Counted from the first letter of the stretch, positions 1-12,284 are shown. The stretch is DNA of 35,533 nt from Octopus bimaculoides (GCF_001194135.2 NC_068994.1:43144769-43180301); one strand, 5' to 3'. Program-made: numbers and translations. The notes: generated from the sequence alone by a model not told the origin.

Positions 1-208
1 CATTTCGAGCGTGGCCGTTTTCGTGCGGGTGACACGTAAAAGCACCCATTACACTCTCTGAGTGGTTGGCGTTAGGAAGGGCATCCAGCTGTAGAAACTC
101 TGCCAAATTAGACTGGAGCCTGGTGTTGCCATCCGGTTTCACCAGTCCTCAGTCAAATCGTCCAACCCATGCTAGCATGGAAAGCGGACGTTAAACGATG
201 ATGATGAT
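1..208 (+). mobile_element. SINE family A, 3' portion ending in a (GAT)n tail
   Basis: Ends in catgctagcatggaaagcggacgttaaacgatgatgatgat. Degenerate reverse-complement copies occur at about 4985-5045, 9430-9630 and 34075-34220. Confidence 0.75.
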
Positions 209-874
209 ATCAGGACATGGTGAGAGTTGCGTTTCGTTGCAGTACTGAAGTGAAGTTTGAGGTAATCATCTAGATGAAATGAACACTACAAAATGATCTG
301 ATTATATATGGAAATTTAAAAAAAAAAGGAACGACTTTGGGGGTCAGAATATTAAATGGAGAATACTGAAAAACCCTGTCCTAATTAAATTGAGAATAAA
401 GGCTGTGAACTACATATAGCAGAGATAATGAAAAACCATAAAATCCTTCATAAACAAAACCATTATTCTGACTCCGGATTAGGAATGCTTGACAATATAA
501 ATAGTATGAAAAGCACCTAACCCACAGCTGTGAAATTTTACCTTCACCCAACCAGAATCATATATATACATATGCATAAATAGCTAATACTGTCTTCACT
601 TCAGACTTCCTTTGTTTGTTTCGTCTTCCAATTTTCTCTCTTTTATCATTCACCTACTTTAAATTTATATTTACTTTTCCTTCTTACAGCCATCTTTCCT
701 TTCTTTCAGCCCTATTATTCCTTATTTAGCTGGTCCCTCCATCATGTTGACTTAGAATAGTTCTTCTACTCCCCCATCGCTCTTCCTCTTGCTGCTGTCT
801 TCTCAGTTCTGTTATCATTTTAGGAACTGCACCTATGCTAGTGTATATGTGTGTGTATCCACACACACACACAC

Positions 875-1031
875 AGAGGCTTGGTTGTGTTGTGAGAAAT
901 TTCTTTCTTAACTACATGGTTTTGGGTTCGATCCCACTGCATGGTACTTTGGGCAAGTGTCTCTTGCTATAGCCTCAGGCCAAATAAAGCTTTGTGAGTG
1001 TATTTGGTAGATATAAACTGAAAGGAGCCCA
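875..1031 (+). mobile_element. SINE family B, tRNA-like 5' half (diverged)
   Basis: B-box-like gggttcgatccc followed by ttgggcaagtgtct...ctatagcctcaggcc...gtgagtgtatttggtagat...aactgaaagga, matching the reverse complement of 29385-29548. Followed by microsatellite. Confidence 0.75.
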
Positions 1032-1317
1032 TATATATGTGTGCATGTGTGTGTGTGGGGGGGGGGGAGTGTATCTATATGCATATATGAGTTTCCTGAA
1101 ATATATCATATAAACATTTATGAACATGTCTAGACATGCAACTATATGCATGAGAATACATGCCTAAAACTAAGCACACAAATCTGCACATATACATACA
1201 TACATACAAAAATACCCTGTTGATGTTGTTGAAATTCCAGTGAAGGAGTCTTGGATCTAGGTTATAAACCAGCTCTTTCTTTGTTGGCAAGAAATTTTGA
1301 AACAAACCTGAATAATG

Positions 1318-1455
1318 ATATACATACATGCATGGATACATACATAATATATATACGCTTACATGCATGGATACATACATACATACATACATACATACAT
1401 ACATACATGCATACATATGTACATACATACATACATACATACATACATACATACC
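1318..1455. repeat. (TACA)n microsatellite
   Basis: Direct reading; source of the YVCM/HTYI artefact ORFs. Confidence 0.95.
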
Positions 1456-2225
1456 TAAGGCGTGTGTGTATGGAATATTCCCTACATGAACATGGGAAGA
1501 ACATGCTTAGGAGGGTTGACTATGTGTGTTGAGGAAAGGAGACATTATTAGTTGCTGCAAAACACCCTATGAAGAGCTCATCCTTTTCTCTGAGCCAGTG
1601 ATAATAATGATTGAACTCTAATCTCCAGGGATGAATTGTGTATGCATGGAAACAAGTTCAGAATGTAGTGAATAGATGGATGTGTCACACTGCACATATG
1701 ATAGTATATATACATATATATGTGTATTGCATATGTACATGTCTATTCAAGACTACATTATCCAGTGAACACTTTCACTTTTAACCAACAGTAATTTTTA
1801 CATTGGGAGGCATCTCACTATTATTTCTAGCTTGTCAGATGTGACCAAGCAGAAGCTCACTCATAATCTCAATGCTTATTCTTAACTCATTTTATACATC
1901 ATAACTAAAATTCACATGGTAATGCATGCAGTACATAGAATGAATCTGCTAAGGTTTTTCATCAGAATGTGTAAGAAATACATTTATTTTCTACATTACA
2001 GAAGCATGGCTTTTGTTCTATGAAAGGAAGAATTTCTTCTTCTAGTGACTAGTAAGAATCCAAGTTAATGATTATCCGAAAAGAGATTATCGTAAACTTG
2101 ACACAAATGAAATTTTCTAACACAATAAAACAGCTTGACAAAAACAAAATTCTCTGTAGCAATGCAGAATCAACATTCAATTTAATCTGGTTTACTGCTT
2201 AGAGTTAGTTTCTTCATAAGCTTAC

Positions 2226-2278
2226 TGCAGCGAATAAAATTTTATGCCAGATATGAAAATCTTTCTCAGACCACTGAG
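2226..2278 (-). CDS. Candidate coding exon of unidentified minus-strand gene (QWSEKDFHIWHKILFAA or LSGLRKIFISGIKFYSL)
   Basis: Minus strand: ttttgctatgtttcag|CTCAGTGG...GCTGCA|gtaagc. A second possible acceptor 5 nt in (ctcag|TGG, start 2273) gives a 48-nt phase 0-0 exon. No homology recognised. Confidence 0.35.
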
Positions 2279-2386
2279 CTGAAACATAGCAAAATTTTTT
2301 TTTGTTATTTCACACACACATACACACACACACAATCATATAAATACACACATAGACACACACACAGACATATATATATGTATGTA

Positions 2387-2437
<51 letters not shown>

Positions 2438-2440
<3 letters not shown>

Positions 2441-2501
2441 TCAGTAAATGGTGGGGTAGTGTTTCAGTTTAGCATTCTGCCTTATTATTATTTTTCATTT
2501 T

Positions 2502-2561
<60 letters not shown>

Positions 2562-2622
2562 TCAGTAAATGGTGGGGTAGTGTTTCAGTTTAGCATTCTG
2601 CCTTATTATTATTTTTCATTTT

Positions 2623-2624
<2 letters not shown>
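2438..2624. repeat. Exact tandem duplication of a 66-bp unique core separated by (TA)n, period 121
   Basis: aagtcagtaaatggtggggtagtgtttcagtttagcattctgccttattattatttttcattttcc occurs at 2438-2503 and 2559-2624. Confidence 0.9.
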
Positions 2625-2661
<37 letters not shown>

Positions 2662-2673
2662 AATATATATCTA

Positions 2674-2705
<32 letters not shown>

Positions 2706-3201
2706 ATATATATATGTACATGCGTGTGTGCATGTATATATATATATATATATATCTATATATATATGCATGCATGTATATGTATGTATATATGTTGTCC
2801 TTTATTCTTTGGTTTCTATGATATGGGCGAGGAGGGATGCGCCAGAGAAAAGAGACCATATTCATTCAACATTAAAACAATAGATTAGAGAATTACACAA
2901 AGAAAGAAAAACAGATAAGTTGATGATTTCACATTCAATGTCTCTGTCCATGAACAGATGTTAAATCTTGTTGGATTAAAATGTTTGTTTATTTGTTTTG
3001 ATTGTTTGTTTGTATGTCAATAAGATAAAATGAAATCAAATGTAAAGCTTATGCAAAAGTCTTCATTATTTCTTCAAATGACACAATAACTATGAAGATG
3101 GTGGGGAAGCAATCCTTCAAAGTGAATGCATGTGTGTATGTGCATGTATGAGTATATGTGTGTGTGTATATATATGAATATATGTGTATGTATATATATA
3201 T

Positions 3202-3211
3202 NNNNNNNNNN
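3202..3211. other. Assembly gap (N)
   Basis: N run. Confidence 1.
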
Positions 3212-3480
3212 AAATTTTTTTTTTTTTTGTCAGCTATTGCTAAATTTTCACAGAAAATATAAATATAAATAAAAATAAAAGGAATGGTTTATTTTGATAT
3301 AAATTATTTTCTAGTGAGTCATTTTAATTCATGCCTCAAAGGATTTCGGAATTGAATTCTATCTGAAGAATAATGTTTAGGAAATCAAACTCCCAAGATA
3401 GATACTCAGGCTGAAAAAGGATTCCAAGAGAAGTAGATAAGAACATCAAATCTACATCCTATTATAATATATACACCTAT

Positions 3481-3513
<33 letters not shown>

Positions 3514-3578
3514 TATACATACACACACACTCAAACACACTCATATGTATATGCAGGCATACATATATGTATGTATGT

Positions 3579-3973
3579 NNNNNNNNNNNNNNNNNNNNNN
3601 NNNNNNNNNNNNNNNNNNNNNNNNNNNNNNNNNNNNNNNNNNNNNNNNNNNNNNNNNNNNNNNNNNNNNNNNNNNNNNNNNNNNNNNNNNNNNNNNNNNN
3701 NNNNNNNNNNNNNNNNNNNNNNNNNNNNNNNNNNNNNNNNNNNNNNNNNNNNNNNNNNNNNNNNNNNNNNNNNNNNNNNNNNNNNNNNNNNNNNNNNNNN
3801 NNNNNNNNNNNNNNNNNNNNNNNNNNNNNNNNNNNNNNNNNNNNNNNNNNNNNNNNNNNNNNNNNNNNNNNNNNNNNNNNNNNNNNNNNNNNNNNNNNNN
3901 NNNNNNNNNNNNNNNNNNNNNNNNNNNNNNNNNNNNNNNNNNNNNNNNNNNNNNNNNNNNNNNNNNNNNNNNN
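3579..3973. other. Assembly gap (N)
   Basis: N run flanked by microsatellites. Confidence 1.
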
Positions 3974-4008
<35 letters not shown>

Positions 4009-4274
4009 GTATATATTTGTATGTGTATGTACATATTTGTATATATAGTAAAGCTGTTACTCTTGGTTTGAATAGTAGCATTTCCGAGTCCACTTTGAAT
4101 CTCTGTAATGTATTGATGTTGTTGTTGTTCTTGCAGATGTTGATCATGTTTTAGACTAATGTCTACCCTAATCATACATGTAGATTTATGACTGAGGATG
4201 TTCCAGCCATGACATAGCCATCACGTTTCTAATGTCTTTTGATAAGTTTACCGTTCCCATATCTGTCAGATTTT

Positions 4275-4345
4275 TATGATGGTGGGGTACTACACTGTGA
4301 TTTGGAAGGAGATTTGGCAGCTATTTCTAGCAGGTCAAAGGACAT
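4275..4345 (-). repeat. Dispersed repeat fragment
   Basis: tgtgatttggaaggagatttggcagctatttctagcaggtc; related to 7955-7985 and, in opposite orientation, to about 31505-31590. Confidence 0.55.
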
Positions 4346-4984
4346 CCTTCAGCAACTGTTCACAATTTTTTGTAGCATAGCTCCTACTATTACTGAATGG
4401 CATTTTACAAATGCCCTACCATATTTTTACCCTGTGAACCATAAAATAAAAGAAAAACAAACGGATATTCATATGAACCAGTGAGCCCCTTTGTAAAATT
4501 TTTAAGAAAATCACTAAGATGGCAAGGATTATATCATGGAATTTTATTGGACTGTAGCATTTTTCAGTTGTATTTCTGATCACTGAAAAACCTAATGCCT
4601 TAATCATATGATAATCCTGATAAAAATATTTTTCAAAAGTGTTTTTAAAATATGTGTATTGTAGCTGGTCTAAATATTTTATTTATAAGAGAAATCATGA
4701 ACATCTCTCTGATATTTTTACTGAACCATTGTGAGTTTACATGCTTTACTTACCCTAAGGTGAGAATAGCCATCTGGGTTTAAAATCCATTAAAGAAACT
4801 AGCTAATTAGTACAGAACAAAATTTGCTTAGGTGGTGCAAATCCAGGTCCAAAATGTTTTGCAAACAAAGCCGATATTTTTTCAAAGGTATAATAATAAT
4901 TATTATCATTATATTTGTACATATTTGTACAAACCAACGAATGAAGCTAGATTAGGGTTTCAAATATTATCATAGGCAATTATT

Positions 4985-5045
4985 ATCATCATCATCGTCA
5001 TCGTCGTTTAATGTTCGCTTTCCATGCAGGCATGGGCTGGACACA
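4985..5045 (-). mobile_element. SINE family A tail fragment
   Basis: catcatcgtcatcgtcgtttaatgttcgctttccatgcaggcatgggctggac is the reverse complement of the 3' end of the 1-208 copy. Confidence 0.7.
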
Positions 5046-5099
5046 CACACATACACACACACACAAACACAAACACACACACACATATATATACATATG

Positions 5100-5149
<50 letters not shown>

Positions 5150-5199
5150 ATTACTGGGGAAGGTCGGTTTACCCCGGGTTTTTCGTCATAAAGGGTGCC

Positions 5200-5410
5200 T
5201 TTATGGCATATCTTCAGACCCTAAGACCTGATGGCCTATGGCCTCCTTAAAATATGGAGGGGGAAATGATACAGATATAGACACAGGGGAAACCAATGAC
5301 CAGCACCAAAGAGAGATAATCCCCATTGTTTTTGTCTGTATCGTTTCCCCCTCCATATTTTAAAGAAGCCATAGGCCATCAAGTCATAAGGACTGAAGAT
5401 ACACCATAAA
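5200..5410. mobile_element. Foldback/MITE-like element with 78-bp inverted arms and 55-bp spacer
   Basis: 5200-5277 versus the reverse complement of 5333-5410: 68/78 identical by manual alignment, ungapped. Confidence 0.8.
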
Positions 5411-5483
5411 TTAACTTAGAATGCTCTACTTAGAATGCTCTACTTCTTAGAATGTGCTTCTTCTCTGGATTTCTGTTTTACAA

Positions 5484-5525
<42 letters not shown>

Positions 5526-5640
5526 ATACATATCAACAATAATAATAATAAGGATTATTACGCAGTGGCATAGCATTACCTTTTAATTCATTTTATATAT
5601 ACAAATTTACATAGATTTACACGTTTCAAATAATATATAT

Positions 5641-6300
5641 NNNNNNNNNNNNNNNNNNNNNNNNNNNNNNNNNNNNNNNNNNNNNNNNNNNNNNNNNNNN
5701 NNNNNNNNNNNNNNNNNNNNNNNNNNNNNNNNNNNNNNNNNNNNNNNNNNNNNNNNNNNNNNNNNNNNNNNNNNNNNNNNNNNNNNNNNNNNNNNNNNNN
5801 NNNNNNNNNNNNNNNNNNNNNNNNNNNNNNNNNNNNNNNNNNNNNNNNNNNNNNNNNNNNNNNNNNNNNNNNNNNNNNNNNNNNNNNNNNNNNNNNNNNN
5901 NNNNNNNNNNNNNNNNNNNNNNNNNNNNNNNNNNNNNNNNNNNNNNNNNNNNNNNNNNNNNNNNNNNNNNNNNNNNNNNNNNNNNNNNNNNNNNNNNNNN
6001 NNNNNNNNNNNNNNNNNNNNNNNNNNNNNNNNNNNNNNNNNNNNNNNNNNNNNNNNNNNNNNNNNNNNNNNNNNNNNNNNNNNNNNNNNNNNNNNNNNNN
6101 NNNNNNNNNNNNNNNNNNNNNNNNNNNNNNNNNNNNNNNNNNNNNNNNNNNNNNNNNNNNNNNNNNNNNNNNNNNNNNNNNNNNNNNNNNNNNNNNNNNN
6201 NNNNNNNNNNNNNNNNNNNNNNNNNNNNNNNNNNNNNNNNNNNNNNNNNNNNNNNNNNNNNNNNNNNNNNNNNNNNNNNNNNNNNNNNNNNNNNNNNNNN
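5641..6300. other. Assembly gap (N)
   Basis: N run. Confidence 1.
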
Positions 6301-6799
6301 TCTTGCATACATTTCTTCTCATGTCTCTTCACATCCTTTATTGATGCTTATATTAATTATTTTGCTATGCAACATCACACTTCTCACAAAAGGATCGTTC
6401 TGCCTGCTAACTGCTCACTGTATAAATATACAAGAAAATTCCCTTTGTTCTTTGGACAAAGCATCCAGTTCTAAACAACTTTATGTTCCTTTTATGCACT
6501 GACGATATGTAATCACTTGTTTCCACATTGTCTAATTATATATAATTAGGAAACTATATCAGGTTTCTATTAATCCATTACAGAGGTCTGTAGACATAGA
6601 AGCTTTCTTTTTACTTGCTACATCATGACATTTGATATCAGTACAGGCCTAGTGCAATTTATATGGTGCTGCTATTGATTGACATGCAATATAGTCCTTA
6701 CATAAATTCTACAAACTTTCCTACTATACACTCAGAATAATAATAATTTATAATTTTTTTTTCTGAGATTCACCTTAATAAAAATACATAAATATATAT

Positions 6800-7205
6800 A
6801 TATATTCTTTTATTCTTTAATTCTTTTATTCTTTTAGTCTTTCATTTGTTCCAGTCATTTGGCTGCAGCCATGCTGGAGCACTACTGTTTTTAGTCGAAG
6901 AAATCGTCCCCAGGACTTATTCTTTGTAAGCCTGGTACTTATTCTATTGGCCTCTTTTGCCAAACCACTAAGTTACAAGGATGTAAACACACTAATATCA
7001 GTTGTCAATAGACACAAAGACACACACATAAATATATACATACACACACACACATACATATATAATGGACTACTTTTCAGTTTCCATCTACCAAATCCAC
7101 TCACAAGGCTTTGATCAGCCCAAAGCTATAGTAGAAGACATTAGCCCAAGGTGCCACGCAGAGAGACTGAACCCGGAACCATGTCGTTGGGAAGCAAGCT
7201 TCATA
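6800..7205 (-). mobile_element. SINE family B, near full length, with internal CA/TA microsatellite
   Basis: Colinear with 29140-29548: tail block cagtcatttggctgcagccatgctggagc and head block tttcagtttccatctaccaaatccactcacaaggc...actgaacccggaaccatg. Confidence 0.85.
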
Positions 7206-7544
7206 TCTTTTATCTTTTACTTGTTTACATCACCATAAGTCTGTACCTAAGAGAATAAGTTTCTGACTTAAAATAAATCCTTATTATAAATATTTTTTAG
7301 CTGAAACCCTTCAAAGTAATACACCAGCATGGCCACATCCAATGACTGGATCAAGTAAAAGCTGAAAGATAACTAGGATCCTTAAATTTCTGGATTCATT
7401 TCCCGCAGATGTCAATTTTTTTCTTTCATCCTTCCAAGGAGGGGAGAAGATACAGTAATAGTGAAATATTGGTGTTCATTTAATTGACCTTTCAACTCCA
7501 TCTTCACCAAATATGTGGCTGTGTTCCCATGATAAAATTTATTG

Positions 7545-7733
7545 TCGTCATCATTGTTGTTATTGTAGCGGCTGCTACCGTTATCATTGTCACTGTTGTT
7601 GTTGTTATTGCTGTTTTTAAAATTGTTGTTTTGTTGTTGTTGATGACGATGATGATGATGTTATTGCTGCTGCTGTTGTTGTCGTTGATGTTATTACTGC
7701 TAATGTTGTTTTTCTTAAAGTTGTTAGCATTTA

Positions 7734-7832
<99 letters not shown>

Positions 7833-7865
7833 CAGCAGCAGCAATAGTTACTGTTGATGATGATG
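7545..7865. repeat. Compound trinucleotide repeat (GTT/GAT/GCT/GTA)n
   Basis: Direct reading; source of the poly-Val ORF 7484-7921. Confidence 0.95.
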
Positions 7866-8370
7866 AACAGGTATTATCACTTCAGTGTGGAGTTTATGAT
7901 AATGTGTTCCTATTTTCCTGAAAAAAATTTAAAGGAAATAGCTCGAGATTAATTCAGCTGCTATTGCTAGCAGGTCAAATGATGCTTTGTCATTAGCTAT
8001 TATTGTTTCTGCAGTCGTTAATTGTAAAAGTCATGGAATAATTAATTAATTCTTGTTTCATTTGCATTAACTATAAGAAGCAAAGTGAGTGAATTCAGAA
8101 CTATCGTTACTTCTGGAAGTGTCTCCTGTTGGCCTAAAGACACAAGACTTCAATAATTTCCTCCACGGTAATTGTTTGTGCTTAATTGGAAATTTCACTA
8201 TGTACATTGCATGTTGTTAAGGTTAAAACTTCCCTAGCAAATGGCAGCTTTGGATTCCAGCTTAGCAAATACAGTTTATAATTAATGTATTAATAAGCAA
8301 TGAATGTAAATTCAATAAGAAGTTGCATCTTTTAAGTATGTCCAGAGAGATAAATAAATTTGATATTCCT

Positions 8371-8823
8371 TAAAATTCATTTAATAAATGATAAGACTCT
8401 ACCATTCTTGAAAATTCTATATCTTTGAATTCATAGAACAATTACACCATTAGGAACAAGTAACATTTGTGTGAATCGGAAAATGCAAAGAGGAGAGATT
8501 TATTTTATTGACATATAATATAATTATGATAATAATTGGACTGAAAGGCAAAAGGTCTGGGAAGGAACACGATAGCATAGCATTACACAGAATTATGAGA
8601 TGGAAGTTTAAAATTCATTCAATAAATGATAAGAATCTATCATTCTGGAAAACTCTGTATCTTTGAATTTAATGAACAATTATACCATTGACAAGAACTA
8701 AGATCTGTGTGGAGGGGAAAATGCAAAGAGGATAGATTTACTTCATTAATATATAATATGATTATGGCAATAATTAGACTGAAGAGCAAAAGCTAGGGAA
8801 GGAATAAGGTAACATCACAGAAT
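8371..8823. repeat. Diverged two-copy tandem duplication, period about 238 bp
   Basis: taaaattcat..aataaatgataaga at 8371 and 8609. Shared blocks atctttgaatt, gaacaatta, ggaaaatgcaaagagga and gggaaggaa occur in the same order. Confidence 0.85.
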
Positions 8824-8842
8824 AAAATTGTAAGAGAATAAT

Positions 8843-9105
8843 TTAACCCTTTTAATACAAAGCTTCCTGAGACAACCTCTAGCTCTACAATATAAAACTA
8901 CTTCATTCAGGGTGTTCATATTTAAACAATATCTTTCCCTCATAATTTTATGCACCTTTTTGTTAAATCATATTCAAAACAACTAGCTTTATAATGTCAA
9001 AGTTAGTTTCACCAAATCCCTCTCCATTCTTGGTTATTTCAAAATTAATTGAAATTCATTGGCAGAGTATTTTATTAGAAGGAACTATGAGCTTGAAAAG
9101 GTTAA
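8843..9105. mobile_element. piggyBac-like MITE (TTAA-flanked)
   Basis: Left end TTAA-cccttt and right end aaaagg-TTAA. TTAA target duplication and CCY termini are piggyBac hallmarks. Internal sequence recurs, diverged, at about 15110-15330. Confidence 0.55.
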
Positions 9106-9302
9106 ATTCATAGTCTCAAACCAGTAAAATAATTTTTCAATGAGAACAAAGTAATGAAATAAACTATTGTGCTACCTTGTCTATATAATGGAGAGCTTGG
9201 ATCACAGGAACTATGTGTATTGTGATATAAGATGAAGCAAATATTTCAACTTTCATTGTCATTAGACACACACACACTATATATATATATATATATATAT
9301 AT

Positions 9303-9332
9303 NNNNNNNNNNNNNNNNNNNNNNNNNNNNNN
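9303..9332. other. Assembly gap (N)
   Basis: N run in (TA)n. Confidence 1.
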
Positions 9333-9429
9333 TATATACATATATACATACATACAAACATACATACATGCATACATACATACATACATACATACATACA
9401 TACATACATACACATGTATACATGCATAT

Positions 9430-9630
9430 GTATACATCATCTTCATCATTTAACATCCGTGTTCCATGTTGGCATGGGGTGAATGGTTTGACAGGAATCA
9501 AGGTGTCCAAGGATTGTATCATGCACTAATTTTTTAGGCATCATTTTTATGGCTGGATGACCTTAATGCAAACCACTTTACAGTGTGGACTGGGTGCTTT
9601 TTTCATGCCTCTTGTGCTATTGAGATTACC
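9430..9630 (-). mobile_element. SINE family A, degenerate
   Basis: catcatttaacatccgtgttccatgttggcatgggg...tttatggctggatgacc...gggtgcttttt resembles the reverse complement of 1-208. Confidence 0.6.
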
Positions 9631-9659
9631 ATGGAGCTCACTGAACTACAGGCCTATGA

Positions 9660-10006
9660 GGGGGGGGGTCAGCCAAACCTCAATCCACTGGACTGTAATG
9701 TATGGGGCATAGTTGAGAGAGAAGTCAATCAACATTCCTATAACACCATGCAATCTCTCAAGCCTGCTATAACTAGCACTATCTCCAAAATTCATAAAGA
9801 TCGTCTGATTTGGACATGTCAATGCTTCCAATCCCATATAGAAGCAGTCATTGATGCTAACATTGAATTCATTAAATAGGTGTGATAAAAGGGTTTTCAA
9901 GATCACTAGTATCAATTTTGTTTTCAAATACAGCTTTTCTTTGATGATCAATGCATTTTTTTCCCAAATGCATACAAATGAACTCAAAAAAATTGCTGCA
10001 CCCTGC

Positions 10007-10008
<2 letters not shown>
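9660..10008 (+). mobile_element. Tc1/mariner-superfamily (DDD-type) transposon 3' remnant: transposase C-terminus plus right TIR
   Basis: PNLNPLDCNVWGIVEREVNQHSYNTMQSLKPAI...CFQSHIEAVIDANIEFIK* matches the SPDLNPLDY-type catalytic and C-terminal helices. Ends tgctgcaccctgcata, similar to the caccctgtata terminus. Confidence 0.8.
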
Positions 10009-10070
<62 letters not shown>

Positions 10071-11664
10071 ATTTATATGGGGCGATGGTACTAATCGGTG
10101 GTGTATGTAAATACAAGCTTGTTACCAGTCCAAATATACTTGAAGCATATTTGAACTCATAAGAAAGTTATTCACAGTATTTCGTCATGGACAAACTTTC
10201 TGTAGATAAATAGGTGTAGAGACACCAAATCTGACTGTTGAATGCAAGCATTTTGGAATGGTTACACACACACACACACATACACATATATATCAACACA
10301 TACATGCATATATATATAAGAGTGTTTTATCAGAATAGTATTATATTAATCTTATATTGTTCAGTCTCCTTGTCATTCTCATCTTTTGGTTCTACATCAA
10401 CTTTACCGTCTGTTATTCTTCTCAGACTGTTTTTATATCAATAACCAATAATTTTATGTTTCTGGTTTTTCCTCTCAATATCACAGTAAAACATTAATGG
10501 CATTATCTTCTCACAGATTTTAAATTCCTCTCTTATACTATTTTCATTTATTTTCTGATAAGTGTAGCACATTTTTCTTCATCATTGACCAAGTTTCACA
10601 TATTTGCAACAGAATTCTTCTCATCCTTAACAGTTTTCTTGTGTGTCGTTCATGCATAATGGAAGCAGTTTGATGAGATAGTCTTTCAATTAAATTGCAG
10701 GTGTTACCAATATTAAATCTTACATACTTGTAGTCCTTTATCATTGAACCATTGCCGTATTTCTTCCTTATTTCTTCATTGTGTACAGATTAGAACAAAA
10801 CCTGTTTGTGCTTATCCATGCACTATTTGTAAACTGAGGACAAATACAACAGCTTTCATGAGTCAGTAGATGGTAAACATTACCCCTTCATTTTGTACAC
10901 AGAGAATACACATCTACATATGTTTATGTATAAATATCGAACTAAGTATTAACACATTTGATATGGCAAACCTAATAATCAAGACTGTATATCTATGAAG
11001 AGAAGATAAGTATTATTAAACACTAGCTGACCCAGTGCCGTCAAAAATGACAGCTTCATAATTTATTACAATGTAGATTGATAGGTGAGTCTGTATGAGG
11101 AGCTTACTCTGATAGCCACATGATTCTCTAAACCAATATCTTGGCCAGTCATGGGTGTGGTATCTACTATATTAAGGATATGCTTTAACCAGAATAGATG
11201 CTCATTTAGAGTGATTGGGAGCAGAGGCATAGCCAGGTTCTAAAGTTAAAGGAACCAAGCACATAAAAAGAAATCACTGTGATACATACCAAACAGTTTT
11301 TAACTCATTTCTCTTATGTTACAGGAAATATTTCATGTTTCAGTAATTAACTCATTATGTAAGAAACTTACACCTACTGATATAAGTAACTAAAGAGTGA
11401 AACTAATTGCTGCAAAGGTGCCAGTCTTGAAAAATGTGCTTGTGGTGAGTGGTCACTCCCCTTGCTCCCCTAAGAGCTATGTCACTGATTGTGAGGGCTT
11501 ATTTGATCACTGTTCTGTGTGATAAATTCCTTAACCTTATTTAATCTAAAAGAAGAACTTACAATATAAGTGATGGACTACTATATTAAGTGTACTTAAT
11601 GTGGAAGGTAGCAAACTACACAGTTATATAGTGGATTAATACATAAGCATTCTTTTCTACTCTA

Positions 11665-11805
11665 GGCACAAGGCCCGAAATGTTGGGGGAGAGGAGTCAG
11701 TCGATTAGATCGACACCAGTATGCAACTGGTACTTAATTTATCGACCTCTGAAAGGATGAAAGGCAAAGTCAACCTCAGCAGAATTTGAACTCAGAATGT
11801 AAATA
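11665..11805 (-). mobile_element. SINE family C
   Basis: aactggtacttaatttatcgacc...aaggatgaaaggcaaagtcaacctcagcagaatttgaactcagaa is the reverse complement of 25030-25250. Confidence 0.85.
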
Positions 11806-12284
11806 CATGAACATTTTCATAGATTTCATTTTTGTTTTTAAAGGAGTGAGTATTAAACATACCCTACTATATTTAAATATATTTACTATATTGGATAATA
11901 GTCTTGGAAGGATTGTTTGAAAATAAGGTGGGATGGTTATAGTAAAAGAATCACCTGCAAAATAACTTAATGGTCACTTAATTTGCTAGAAATAGTATCC
12001 AAAGTTACATTCTACTCTCTTGTGTAATAATAGGAAATATTAGATGATGTGGATCATTCTAAATTCTTTCCAGTCATTAAAAGTTTATCAAATTTTCACC
12101 AGTTGTCTTTCTGATTTTCAATTCTAATGTAATTTTGTATGACAATGATGAAAATCACATCTGTTTTTTTTTTTTTTTGTCTTTTCTAGAAATGATCCAA
12201 TAATGTTGTCCTACATGGGTATAAAATGACAGGGTGGTCACACCTGGAATGTCTGTGATCATGGGTCTGCTTGACTAGAGTTGG

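Noticed and set aside
1075-1532. ORFs of YVCM/HTYI repeats, and similar ORFs at 2.4-2.9, 9.2-9.5, 13.3-14.5, 21.2-21.7 and 26.3-27.7 kb
   Set aside because: Translations of (TACA)n, (CA)n and (TA)n microsatellites.
4239-4484. 81-aa plus ORF with protein-like DFYDGGVLHCDLEGDLAAISSR
   Set aside because: Its core is a dispersed repeat (gagatttggcagctatttctagcaggtc) that also occurs near 7960 and 31510.
3452-6332. Long ORFs containing X runs
   Set aside because: Open only because they cross N gaps.
7897-7918. Minus acceptor tttttttcag followed by ENRNTLS* as a terminal exon after 13843
   Set aside because: Phase-compatible but only 7 codons with no independent support; it would also exclude the 2.2-kb exon.
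7484-7921. 145-aa hydrophobic poly-Val ORF resembling a membrane protein
   Set aside because: Trinucleotide repeat expansion.
12190-12218. Plus-strand mini-exon RNDPIMLSYM(G)
   Set aside because: Good acceptor but weak donor (gtataa), no recognisable partner exons, and opposite to the better-supported strand.
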